The position numbers and the translations under genes are program-made. Source: Camelus ferus (Eukaryota). From it: a stretch of 64,000 bases of DNA. The notes beneath the pieces were generated by a model. That model saw only the letters and a list, made by a program, of their open reading frames with translations, did not search any database and had not been told where the DNA came from. Position 1 is the first letter of the stretch. The number at the start of each line of letters is the position of its first letter. Below are positions 1-12,300 of this stretch, piece after piece. Location of the stretch: NCBI RefSeq assembly GCF_009834535.1, contig NC_045696.1:110858001-110922000 (forward strand). Reading direction: 5' to 3'.

Positions 1-360
1 TTTTCATACTCATATTCATAAGACCTCGAAAGCTACCTGTCTGATCTCAGCCTCTCTTGCGTGCCAGGCCTAAATTTTGAACAGGATGTTTACCTGCGTG
101 TGTAACAGGTACCTCATACTCAGCAAGTCCCGCTGTGGATGGCATCTCTTAACCTAGCCTTGTTCTCCACCTCATCACCTTAATTAGAACGTAGACATCT
201 TCAGTTCACTCTCCCTCAAATCCTACATCTACTTCACTAGCAAGCTTTCACCAATCCTATCTCTGAAATGCCTGTAAAATCTGTCTTATCTTTTCAGTTC
301 TCATTCTCATTATCTCAACGTTGGGTCACTACAATCTCTACCTTTCTTGCTTCTAGTCTC
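1..360. mobile_element. Degenerate LINE-2-like fragment
   Basis: Pyrimidine-rich, L2-like text (ctctccctcaaatcctacatc..., cttgcttctagtctc). Recognised from memory; boundaries approximate. Confidence 0.45.
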
Positions 361-369
361 TTCCTCCCC

Positions 370-545
370 CCAGCAATGATTCAGGGGACCACCTCTGTAC
401 TGTCCAAAAGGGACTGATAGGAAATGTATGTGCATGTGTTGGAGGGGGTCTTTTTTTTAAATCACTGTCACTTTGAATGTTACTGATACTTAACAGAGCA
501 GCAGTCAGGGATGCTAATATTATACCATGTGACAGTCCTACGCAA
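370..545. mobile_element. MER20-like hAT DNA transposon fragment
   Basis: 'cagggatgctaatattataccatgtgacagtcctac' resembles the MER20 core as I recall it. Confidence 0.4.
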
Positions 546-554
546 GCGTGTGGA

Positions 555-806
555 GCAAAACCAGCAGGAGATGCATATTAAGAGATTTATTGCAAGGAGC
601 TGGCTTATATAACTGTGGGGGTTGGCTAGGCAAGTCCAAAATCTCTAAAGGCTGGTAGGAGGGCAGGCTGGAACTTTGGGGACAGGCCGAAACTGCTGTC
701 TACAGATAGAGCCTATTTTTCATCTCAGAGAAGGCTCAGCTCTGCTTTGAGGACCTTCCATTGGTTGAATCCACTCCATTCAGTTATCTAGAATCATCTT
801 CCTAAC
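555..806. mobile_element. ERVL/MLT2-like LTR fragment
   Basis: 'agagatttattgcaaggagctggcttatataactgtggggg...ggcaagtccaaaatc...ggcaggctggaact' is typical MLT2-type LTR text. Confidence 0.6.
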
Positions 807-1644
807 CTCCCTATCTGCCTACCAGCATCATCTTTCAGAGAATTACATCTAATCTTGATAAATTAAATGTCCATATAGGGAGTCCTAGAAATTTACTCTA
901 AGCTTTTGTTGAATTAGAAAAGGAAGATTTCTGTGATAATCTGATAATGTCACACTAATTGAAATACGGTACATGTAATTATCACCTTAAATTTCATCTA
1001 CTTTGGGGGCCAAGGCAGTTAGTAGAGCACTTATCAGCAATAATTATTTTCTAAATTCACAAGCCCTTCATAATAATTGTGTAATTTCTTTATTTTGGGT
1101 TTCTTATTGCAGTTTTCTAATACAATTTGTATATGTTCTTAGCAAACTTTATTCACAGGCATTTTACATTCTTCTTAAATTTTCAAATATCTTTAAAGTT
1201 GACCACTTAAGAATTGAGCAAATATTGCAAGCACCTGATTCCCATTTTCTTAGTGCAAATTTTTAAAAACGTTATTCCATTTATTTATCTGAGTTGCTTT
1301 GTTTTTATTATACCATATGCCATTTACCGAGCATGCCACTGAAGGCTGTATCTGCAGTTCTCTGCTAAGAGATTAAATTAAGCCATGTAGAAAATGATAT
1401 ATTTTAAAAGGACAATATTTTTGTGAACATCTTCGGTTTTTATTGTCTAGTTGATTGTTGGCTGAATGTCCCCCAAGGCTGTGAATATGCCACAAGTAAT
1501 GACTCAGTGAATGAAGCATTAGGAATAATCATCACTCGTTGTGGAAATATTCTGTATTTGTCATGTTTTAAGCAAACAAAGCAATGCTTCATAGGCTCCC
1601 ACATAGATATGTACACAGTCCTTACATCCATGCTACAACCCCCA

Positions 1645-3170
1645 CTTTTATTGAGAGATAATTTATATACAGTAAAATGTACAAATCTTACATTAATTTA
1701 ACAACCTCTGGCACATTTATAACTTTCTACCAAAAATAAGATTCAGAACATTTACACGACCTCAGAAAATTCCCTCATGCCCTTCCCCATGCAATTCCTT
1801 GCCCAAGGACAGACTAAGATTTCTGTCACCATAGGTTACTTTTGCCAATTGTGTGATTTCATATAAATTCAACAGTATGTACTCTTTAGCATGTAGCTCC
1901 TTTAACTTGACACAATGTTTGTGAGATTCATTTATGATGTTGTGAATATCAGTAATTTATATTGCTAGGTAGTATTATATTGTATGACTGTATCGTAATT
2001 TGTTTATTCTCCTACTGATGAACACTTACGTTGTCTCCAAATTTGGGGTTTTATAATAAGTAAGATTGCTATACATCCTCTTCTATAAGTTTCTTGCGGA
2101 TGTATTTTCATTTCTTTTAGATAAATACCAAGGAATAAAATTTCAGGGTGATAAGGTATTGATTGTATGTTTAACTTTAAAAGAAACTCCAGTTTCTTTT
2201 AAACAGTTCTCCAAAAATATACTGTTTAAACCCTTCAAGAGTGATGTATGAGAGTTCCAGTTCTTCTACATTCTTCCTAATATTTGGTTTTGTCAGTCTT
2301 TTTGATTTTAGTCTTTGTAGTGGGTGTAAAAAGCTATTCCTTTGTGGTATTTGCTTGCATTTTCCTGATAAGTATGGATGTTGAGCACCTTCACATGTGC
2401 TTATTAGCCATTTATACATCTATAAGGGTGTGAGTGAAGCGTCTGTTAGATCTTTTCCCCATTATGTCATTGGATGATCTGTCTGTTTTTTTTTTTTTTT
2501 TTTTTTTTTGGTATATAGGGGTTCTTTATATGTCCCGGATGTGAATCTGTGGTCAAACATGTATTGAAAATACTTCTCCCAGTCTGTGACTTGATTATTT
2601 ATTATACTATGTATTTTGTGTTTTTGGGACAAACACAGATTTTAAATTTTGTTCAAGTTGAATTTACAGTTTTTGTTGTTGTGCTTTTCACATCATGTTA
2701 AAGAAATTATTGCCTATCCCAAAGTTGCAAAAATAGGGTCTTTAAAAAAATTCTTTATGGTTCTAATTTTTATGGTCAGGTCTGTGATGCATTTTGATTT
2801 CATTTTGTGCATAGAATAACAAAGAGGGCATTCGTGTGAGTATCAAGTTATTCCAGCATCATTCCTTAAAATGTCTAATCCTTTCTCCATTGATTTTCCT
2901 AGGCACCTTTGTTGAAAATCATTTGACAATGTATATGCAGATCTATCTCTGAACTTTATTCTGTTCCATTGGTCTGAATGTCTATTCTTAGGCCAGTTTT
3001 ATACTGTCTTGACTATTGTAGCTTTTTTATAAGTCTTGAAATCAGGTTGTGTAAATCCTCCAATTCTGTTTTTGTTGACAAGTTTGATGTAGCTCTTCTA
3101 GGTCTGTTGTATTTCCTTATTAATTTTAGACTCGGTTTGACAATTTCTTAAAAAATCATGCTATCATTTT
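1645..3170 (-). mobile_element. Old LINE-1 (L1M-type), 3' portion
   Basis: Antisense L1 3'UTR and ORF2-end text (ttttattgagagataatttatatac..., ttgagcaccttcacatgtgcttattagccattt, ttgactattgtagc). ORF 2177..2419(-) is a degenerate ORF2 piece. Confidence 0.8.
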
Positions 3171-3239
3171 GATTTTTACCCTTTGTTTTAATATGGAGAA
3201 TACCTTTGCAACACTTTGAAAAATCAGGGTTTTTTTTTT

Positions 3240-3712
3240 TTTCCACTTATTAAACATCTATTCTCTTCTGGGAACTATTCTAATTTAATGATACAACAGT
3301 GATCAGAACAGTTGAAGACCCCCACCTTCCTAATGAGGGAAGACAAATAATAGCTAATAAAAATATATTTAAGTACTATGGACAAAAATATAAAAAGGGA
3401 AGTAATAGAAAGTAATTGGTAGATGTGGAGAGACTGGCTGTTTTACAAAGAACTGTCAGGAAAAGTCTCTGTAATTATGTGACATTTGAGCAGAAACCTG
3501 AATACATTAAAGGAGCAAGCCATGCAAATGTCTGGAGGCACAACACTGATGGCAGAGGGAACAGCCAAGCCAAAGATCCTGAGGTGGGCGCATGCCTGCC
3601 AGGCTCAGGGCGTGGTGAGGAGGCCTCTGTGGCTGCAGTGCAGGGAGGTGAAGAGGCTACTGCTCATGGTGTAGACAAGGATGTGAGTTTAGAGAAAGAG
3701 GGTGACATAATG
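3240..3712. mobile_element. LINE-2 fragment, left part; interrupted by the L1 at 3715-8400
   Basis: 'gtgacatttgagcagaaacctgaa...ggagcaagccatgcaaatgtctggagg...ggcagagggaacagc' L2 signature. The element resumes at about 8401-8520. Confidence 0.7.
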
Positions 3713-3714
3713 TG

Positions 3715-4224
3715 TTTTTAAAAAATTTGTTGAAGTATAGTCAGTTACAGTGTGTCCATTTCTGGTGTACAGTATAATGTTTCAGTCATACAGATACTTA
3801 CATATATTCCTTTTCACGTTCTTTTTCATTAAAAGTTACTACAAGATATTGAATATAGTTCTTTGCGCTCTACAGAAGACATTTATTTCTTTACCTATTT
3901 TATATATAATAGTTAATATTAGCAGTTCTTGAACTCCCAATTTATCCCTTTCCCCCTGGTAACCGTAGGTTAGTTTACTATGTCTGTGAGTCTGTTTCTG
4001 TTTTGTAGATGAGTTCATTAGTATCCTCTTTTTTTCTTTCTTTTGTTTTTTGTAGATTCCACGTATGAGCGATATCATATGGTGTTTTTCTTTCTCTTTC
4101 TGGCTTACTTCACTTAGAATGACATCTCCAGAGCCATCCATGTAGCTGCAGATGACATTATTTTATTCTTTTTATGGTTGAGTAGCATTCCATTGTGTGT
4201 GTATGTGTGTGTGTATGTGTATAT

Positions 4225-4262
<38 letters not shown>

Positions 4263-7200
4263 GTATATATACACACCACATATACACATACATATATATA
4301 CACCACCAACTTCTTTATCCAGTCATCTGTTGAACATTTAGGTTGTTTCCATGTCTTGGCTATTGTAAATAGTGCTGCTCTGAACGTTGGGGTGCAGGTG
4401 TCTTTTTAAATTAAGGTTCCCTCTGGCTATATGTCTAGGAGTGGGATTGCTAGATCATATGGTAACTCTATTTTTAATGTTTTGAGGACTTTCCATCCTG
4501 TTTTCCATAATGGCTGCACCAAACTACATTCTCACCAACAGTGTAGGAGGGTTCCCTTTTTCCCACAGCCTCTCCAGCATTTATTATTTGTAGACTTGAA
4601 TGATGGCCATTGTGACTGGTGTGAGGTGATACCTCATTGAGGTTTTGATTTGCATTTCTCTGATAATTAGTGATATTGAGCATTTTTTTCATGAGCCTAT
4701 TGGCCATTTGTATGTCTTTATTGGAAAATTGCTTGTTTAGGTCTTCTGCCCATTTTTGGATTGGGTATTTGTTTTTTGTTATTAATTTGTATGAGCTGTT
4801 TATGTATTTTGGCAATTAAACCGTCGTCAGCCCCATCATTTGGAAATATTTTCTCCCATTCCATAGGTTTCCTTTTTGTTTTGCTTGTGGTTTCTTTTGC
4901 CGTGCAAAAGCTTGTAAATTTAATTAGATGTCATTTTAAAATTTTTACTTTTATTTCTGTTGCCTGGGTATGTGGTCTATCCTAGAGAATGTTCCATATG
5001 CACTTGAGAATAATGTGTATTCTGATTTTGGGGGATGTAATGTCCTAAAAATATGAACCAACTCCAACTGTTCTTTTGTGCCATTTAGTATATCCATTGC
5101 CTTATTGATTTTCTATCTGAAAGACCTATCTAATGATATTAGTGGGGTGTTAAAATCTCCTATTACTATTGTATTCTCAACAATTTCTCCCGTTATGTCT
5201 GTTAGTATTTGTTTTTTATATTTAGGTGCTCCTACATTGGGTGCATATATGTTAACATGTATAATATCTTCATCTTGTATTAATTATCTCTTTGATTATT
5301 ATATGGTGTCCTTCTTTATCTTTCTTTATGGCCTTTGTTTTAAAGTCAATTTTTGCCTGAAATCAGTATTGCTACCTCCACTTTCTTATCATTTCCATTT
5401 GCAAGAAATATCTTTTTCCATCCTCTCACTTTCAATCTGTGGGTATCCTTCACCCTAAAGTGGGTCTCCTGTAGGCAGCATATTGTAGGCTCTTATTTTA
5501 TTATCCAATCTGCCACTCTGTGTCTTTTGATCGAAACATTCAGTCCATTGACATTTATAGCAATTATGTGAGAGGTGTGCTTATTGCCATTTTGAACTTT
5601 GTTTTCCAGTTCATTTGGTATTTCTTCTTTATTCCTTTCTTTTCCTTTCTGTTTTTCTTTTTGTGATTTGATAATTTTGCTTTGTATTAGCTTGATCTTT
5701 TTGTTTTTTGTGACTGTATTTTATGCTTTTGATTTGTGGTTACCCTGCTTTTCAAGTATGTTACCCAATTACTATATCTATTTTCTTTAGACTGTTAATC
5801 ATATAGGCTCAAACGTATCCTAAAAAGGATGAAAAGACAAAAAAGAAGTAAAAAAGTCTGTTTTCTTGACTCCCCTCTCCCACCTTTTATGAATTTGATG
5901 TTCTTTTTTAAGTCTTCTTGTTTATTCTTTTGCAACCTTTCATAGTTATTACATTTCCAATTACAGTTTTCTCATTTCTATAGCTTCCTGCTTCTTTTTT
6001 ATTTGGAGTAGATTTTTCAATATATCTTTTAGGATATGTTTAGTATAGCTGAATTATTTTAGTTTATGCTTGTCTGTAAAATTCCTTATCTCTCCTTCTG
6101 CTCTAAAGGATAGTCTTGCTGGATCGCATATTACAGTTTGCAGCTTTTTCTCATTCAGGACTTTGAATATATCTTGCCACTCCCTTCTGGCCAGCAGTGT
6201 TTGTGTAAAGAAATCAGCTGAAAGCCTTATGGGGGTTTGTAACTACCTCTTTGTAATCTCTCACTGCCTTTAGAATAATTGTTTTATCTTTAACTTTGGC
6301 CATCTTAATTATAATATGTCTTGGTGCAGGTTTGTTTGAGTTCTTATTTGAGACCCTGTCTGCTTCCTGTACTTGGATATCTGTTTCCTTCTTTAGGTTT
6401 GGAAAGTTTTCAGTCATGATTTCTTCAAATACCTTTTCAATCCTCTTTTCTCTTTCTTAATCATCTGGGACCCCTATTATGTGTAGATTGACATGTGTTA
6501 TATTATCCCGTAAGTCCCTTATATTGTTTGCACTGGTTGTTACGTCCTTTCCTGCCTGCTGTTCTGACTGGGTGACCTCTGTTACCCTGGCTTCTAGGGC
6601 ACTTATTTCTCCCTCTGCATTGTCTAGTCTGCTTCTGACTGCCCTTAGCTCGGCTCTCATCTCAGCCATTGAGTTTTCTGATTTTAATTGGCTCCTCTGT
6701 ATAGTTCCTATTTGCTTTTTATAGTATTTTGCATTTCTATTCATAGTCTGTCTTATTTCCTTTAGTGCTTTTATCACCCTCTTTTTGAAGTCATGATCTA
6801 GTAGCCTGTCGAAGTCTATGTCGTTGATAGTTCTTTCAGGCGACTTCTCTTAGTCTTTTAATTGGCTGTGGTTGCTCTGGTTCTTCATTTTACTTATATT
6901 TCTCTGGCTCTATGGATTTAGGAGAATCACTTATTTACTGTGGTCTTGAAGAGCTGCTTTTTTCTTTTTTCAAGCAAGAGTGTTCTTGTGCAGACTTTGT
7001 GCCTCTGACAATTTTTTTTTTAGTATGAATGGTTACCACGTCTTTTTTCCATGTGTGTTGGCTGTTACCCCCTTGACTGGGAGTGTGGTTGGTGTTGTGG
7101 TGATCAGAGCCTGCTCTGGTTGTTGTTGTTGAGCAGGGCCTCCTTTGTTGTTCTGTGGTTGTCACAGCCCTGACAGGGGCTGGGTGTGCACCCCCGTTCT

Positions 7201-8400
7201 TGGAATAGAGGCTTCCAGACCCGTTTCTGAACTGTGTTGTGTGGTAGGTGGGGTTGGAGCCTCTGCATTTAGTATGCAAGCCCCTTGTAAACTTTGTATC
7301 TCCCCCCTCCATGTGCCAGAATTGTGCTCGTTGTTTGTTCATCTTAGAGACAAGACATCAGGCACTAGGACCTGCCAGAGCGAGCATGCAGTCACACACC
7401 TGGATTTGGGGTGCCCCACAGGGTCAGTGCAGACTGCATCCCTGCCTTTGCATGTGGTACAGTATGCAGGCCCATTGTAAATGTTGTACCTGCCCAGCTG
7501 TACAGCAGAACTCCACTTGGAGTCTTAGAAATGCGGGTCCACAAAGGCACCAGTGGAGCAAATCTACCCACCAGCAACACCAGGGTTGCAAATCCGCCCC
7601 GTCTGCCTTGGACTGTAAACAAATCTCAGTCCCACCTGTGAAGTTGCGGGGCCCCTGGGCGTGGATTCAGGTTTCAGCCCGGCCTCTGCCCAGAAGCTGA
7701 GCTCCAGAGATTGTGATGGCTATTACCAAACCCTGCCTCTTTTTTTGTGAGAGCAGGCCAGCAATGGTGCCAAGCGGAGACAGCAGCTATGGCCCGGCTG
7801 CTTTGCACCCTACCCCCTCCATGTGCACCAGCACTGGTGCTCTTTTATGGATGTCCCAGCCTGTTCTGCACACACTCCCAGCCACAGGCTACACTACTCT
7901 CCAGTCACCTGAGGCTTCTTTTGTGCAGCGGGCCCCAGCCCTCTCTCCAGGCTTGTCACTGATCTCCAGCAGTCAGTCCTGGACTGTCCCTGCCAGCTTG
8001 CATCTAGGGCTGGGACCGAAGGACCCTCTGTGCTAGTTTATCTTAATTCTGTCTGCCAAGCCGCTGCTGTTTTCTCCTACAAGTCTCAGAAGCTCTGTTT
8101 CTGGCCCTGCAGACTTCCCAGCTGGAGAGGGGGTGTCCTAGCATGAGGGCACTATTCCTCCTTTGCTGCTCCCTCCCCGCAGGACAGGTGCTGCACCATT
8201 TCGTTTTTCTTTTCCTTTCCCCCTCCTCCTACCGGTTTTTGTAAGGAGTCTTCTTGTATTTCAAAGGAAGGGATATTTTGCCAAAGTTCAGTAGGTGTTC
8301 TGTGCAAATTAATGGATCTGTAGATGTAATTCTCGATGTGTTCATGGGAGGGGGTGAGCTGTGCCTCCTTCTACTCTGCCATCTTGGCATCTTGCCTCAG
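3715..8400 (-). mobile_element. LINE-1 with both ends but a large internal ORF2 deletion (5'UTR, ORF1, endonuclease, ORF2 C-terminus, 3'UTR)
   Basis: 5' end ccaagatggcagagtag (YY1-type motif) near 8380. ORF1 pieces at 6457..6777 (coiled coil) and 6214..6417 (ENFPNL..PRHIIIKMAKVKDK). ORF2 ATG at about 5590 with an INVNGLN-like motif. The endonuclease region ends at about 4968, directly against C-terminal ORF2 (4474..4815 PIQKWAEDLNKQFS). Imperfect TSD ataatg(tg)tttt at 3707 and 8401. All frames are disrupted. Confidence 0.9.
4194..4305. repeat. Compound (TG)n/(CA)n/(TA)n microsatellite inside the L1 3' region
   Basis: Dinucleotide runs directly visible. Confidence 0.9.
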
Positions 8401-8520
8401 ATAATGTTTTAAAATGGTATATTGGCTGCTGTTTAGGAATGGACTGCTGAGAGCCAAGAGTGAAAGTAGTGAGACTGGTTAAGAGAAGATTGCAGTGGAC
8501 CAGGCAAGAGATGGCGATAA
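8401..8520. mobile_element. LINE-2 fragment, right part
   Basis: 'tggctgctgtttaggaatggactg...gagactggttaagagaagattgcagtggaccaggcaagagatgg' continues the L2 at 3240-3712. Confidence 0.65.
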
Positions 8521-8566
8521 TTTAAAATTTTTTTCCCGTAATTTTTAATTCTTTCCCAACTGACAG

Positions 8567-9360
8567 TTAGTCATTTTGATGTTTAGATATCATGTCCTAA
8601 GTCTGCAGTTTAACAAGAACTAGACGTTATGTGATTCTGTGTTAAAAATGGAACAGTAAGTGTGGCTCTAATTTGTGGAGTTCATTTACAGTGTTCATGT
8701 CTAATTCCATGCTGTTTAATGCCTTAAACATTGCTGGTTTTCAGTTGCGTTTCTTGTTTTTGAGCAGTCCAAATTAAAAAGTCTTAAAACTTGATGACTT
8801 GATGATTCTCTGTGTGTTGTTTCTTCTATATATTGAGAGGAATTATCTGATACTGGCACTTCGAAATGTTTTTAGAAACATTAACGTATATATTGTTATT
8901 TTCCATTTTAATACGCTGGTCTTCAAACAACATGGCGGCCAGTAACTGTTGATGAAGAGCGTACCTTCTGCATGTTTAATGTGATAGTTTCATATTGACC
9001 TGTTCTCCTCATCTTTATTAGTATCTTAACTTTTTGAGAACCTATCTTTGAATTGGTAATAATAACAGAGAACCCATTGTGGAGACTAGGTTAATTGTGG
9101 GATGGCAGTGAAACATGATCAAGAATGGTAAATTTTGATACTCGAATTTTAGAATGAATTATAGCAGTTAATTCACTCTTTATTTAATTTAGTGACAGTT
9201 CATTAGCATGTTCTTGTGCTATTAAAAAGCTCTAATTAAGAGAGTATCATCATAATAGTAGAATCATAATTATATACATTTAATTATATTAAAACAAAAT
9301 ATTTAGCTTTGTGTGATTATTTTTAAGTTCCAAATAAAATAATAACTAATATCTAAGCAT
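8567..9360 (+). other. Possible terminal exon/3'UTR of an upstream plus-strand gene (short coding tail xSHFDV* then AT-rich UTR)
   Basis: Good acceptor ttttaattctttcccaactgacag|TT AGT CAT TTT GAT GTT TAG, then non-repeat AT-rich sequence and AATAAA at about 9333. No partner exon found in the window. Confidence 0.25.
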
Positions 9361-12300
9361 GAAGAGAATATTTTCCTTTATTATATAGTATTTATAGATT
9401 TAGCTCTTTTAGGGGTTCCAGACACCATGTTTTTCTGGTTTAATTTGAACATATTGCTCTTCTGTTTGATAAATGGGCACAGGAGAAGGGGCATGCAGTA
9501 AGATTTCATACGTCAAAATAGGCAACGAAATCATCCAAACAACTTTGGAGCCAAAAGAGTTCCATTTACCATAGTGAAGAACCACACTCCAGGCTTGCTT
9601 CATTTGCTCACTGATCTGTAGTAGCCAAAGCCAGCGTCCCAGAATGAGGTCCTAGAAAGAAGATTCACTTCACACCCACTGAAATGGCCAGTCCACTCAG
9701 CTGTGTCCTGAATCTACATGGCCCCTTCAGCCATCTGACCATACTGGCTGATATTTTAATGCTTTGAAATTTAGGGACTAAGTTTATGTATAATGATATA
9801 CAGTCAGTGATTTGTATCCCATGTTGAATGTGGTTTGCCACCGAAGAGATCACCTCTGCGAGATGAATTTCTGTCAAATACCAGGTAGCCCTAAATTTAT
9901 GGATTTAAGGTCACAGTTGTTAACCAAGCAAATGGAAGAAATTAGGTGAAGATGTAACCCAAACAGAATATGAATATTTCAGAACACAAAAGAAATAGTG
10001 CATTGTTCATGGTTCTAGAGCAAAGCTTCTGCAAGATATGACTGGTGTCATGCTTTATATTTATTTCTTACTTTTCTTTCTTTCTCTTCCTATAAAACTA
10101 ACATTCTGGGGAATTAAAAAAAATTACACTAATTTTAACCGAATAAGCTCTCTCAATTCTTTCCCTACTGTCTCTGTTAATTTGGGCAGTGTCAGTGTGT
10201 TACTGTTAGAATTCTCTTTAACTGAAAATGTATTATGATCTGCTGCACACATTAAAAAATGACATTATAATGAGCAAAACCGAGCTGAACATAATTGTGC
10301 CAGCACTGTGACAGGAAGCACCTTCTATAATGGCGATGATTTCCATATCGGTGACAATTTTATTGTCTGATTTGCATTGTCTTCTCCTTGCTGCCATATT
10401 GATACCCAGGATGTGTTCATCCTCCCTAGGAGATGCAGATACTAGTTAACTCCCTCTCCTACTCCCAGCAAAATCTTAAGTAATTAGTAAAAATGGTGAC
10501 AGCAGCCAAATTCCATTACTCAAGGCTGCACATTTTCCCCCTAACTCCTTTTAGTAGGTTTATGTATTTGCTGGAGGCAAATTTTGAGAACATCTTAATG
10601 GCCTCAACTGGCAAACTAAAAATATCCAACCATCTCTGTCATTGGCCAGTGCCTGCTGAGTTCCATCTTGTCACTGATAGGCTGGTCATCTCTAAGACAG
10701 ATGAGTTTTACAACTTTTCATAAGTGCTAACAGCAAAATGGAAGGGAGAAGTTGGCTCCTACTAATAGGTACATCACCAGATGGTCCCTTTGCTGGCCTT
10801 TTTCTCCCTTTGATCTCAACACATCAACTACTTACTGAGCATGTGTTAACTGCAAGGCATGGGAGGATTTGAAAGGCATGGAAGGATTTCTTTAAGAAAC
10901 AATTTGGATGATGACTTGGATACTCAAATATTCACAAGCAAAAACTCTGAAAATCATACTCTGGAAAATGTGTGGCATATTACATATGTTTTAGGACAAG
11001 TTCAAAAACTGTATAGATTTTTTGAAGCAAAACTGAGGTTTTAAACTAAAACAAACTAAACATCCTATATTACTTTATGATAGCAATGATAATTTACCCA
11101 TATTTAAGCACACACCCAGTTACCTTCGGATGCAGGTTTGGCAATTGCAAATAACTGTTGATTCGCATCCTAAGTGATTCTCAGGCATTGGTTGCAAGTC
11201 AGATCTCCTTAAGTCTGGAATTGCCTGTATCAGGACTCCCAGGTTCTCCCCACTCTTCCTTTGCTCAAAGAAAAATGTCTTCCTTTGATGTCTTATCCAT
11301 GCCTGTTCTTAAAACAAAGCCTTGGCTGAAGTTTTGCTAGCTTTAGAGATATATGGATTCCAGCATCTAATTGTGTTAATGAAATGAAAATTATTCTCAA
11401 CTCAAAAATGATCTCTTTTCTTTTTTGTAACATCGATAGCATTGCTACATCTTAGGTGCATAGTCCTATAGAGTCATAAATACCATTTGTGGACTTTAGG
11501 GCAGAAGATGATTTATTTAGAATAAAAAAGTTCACGAGGAGGAGAAAGCCTTAAATTGAATGTTTATTTTAAGTAAGTTTCTTTGAGGAAGAAGGGTCTG
11601 GGAGTTGGGACAGAAGAAGGAGGAGGGCCTGCAAGAGGTTGAGTGGATTTTGCAGGAAAGTTTTGTGCCTCAGAAGGAGCTCCAAGGTTGTATCAGGGCT
11701 GGGCGTGGGCAGAACTGAGGCTGGCATTGGAAGCCCCTTCTGAGCCTTAGGCATTGGAAAAATTTTCTGAGAAGCACATTCAGCTCTGCCAAAGGGTATC
11801 CAAAGCCTTTCACATTTCAGTTTCTAAGTTAGGAGACCGAGGTGGACCCGAGAAGCAGGAATGAACAGTTCTGAGTCACAAAAGCATGAAGACTAAACAT
11901 CTGATAGAAGATTAGACAAAGAAAATTAAAATGGTCCTCCAACTGCATGTTTGCTTCAACCGAACAAGTTATATCTCCAAACATCTTGGTTAACATTTTG
12001 AGGAAGGAGCAATGAAAAAAAATTCTCAGGAAAAAGAGAAGAGATAACAAACAGGAAATGATTGGACAGTCTGCAAGGGACAAAATGTCTTTCACATTCG
12101 TTATTTTTTGTCTTGTTTAGTCAACGTAATCACATAAATGCCTTCAGAGGTTTACTACTAACTCCAGTCACTGATATGGTGTTAGGTTTTCTTTATCTGC
12201 AAATTCTACCACCACAGCGGTTTTAGGAAACTACCCCTTCAAGCTGTGGGTGTCACTTTAGTTTTAGGAAAAAAAATACCTGAGGAGGGGAAAAATAACC

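Noticed and set aside
6935..8036. Cluster of overlapping GC-rich ORFs
   Set aside because: They lie in the L1 5'UTR; chance ORFs from higher GC content.
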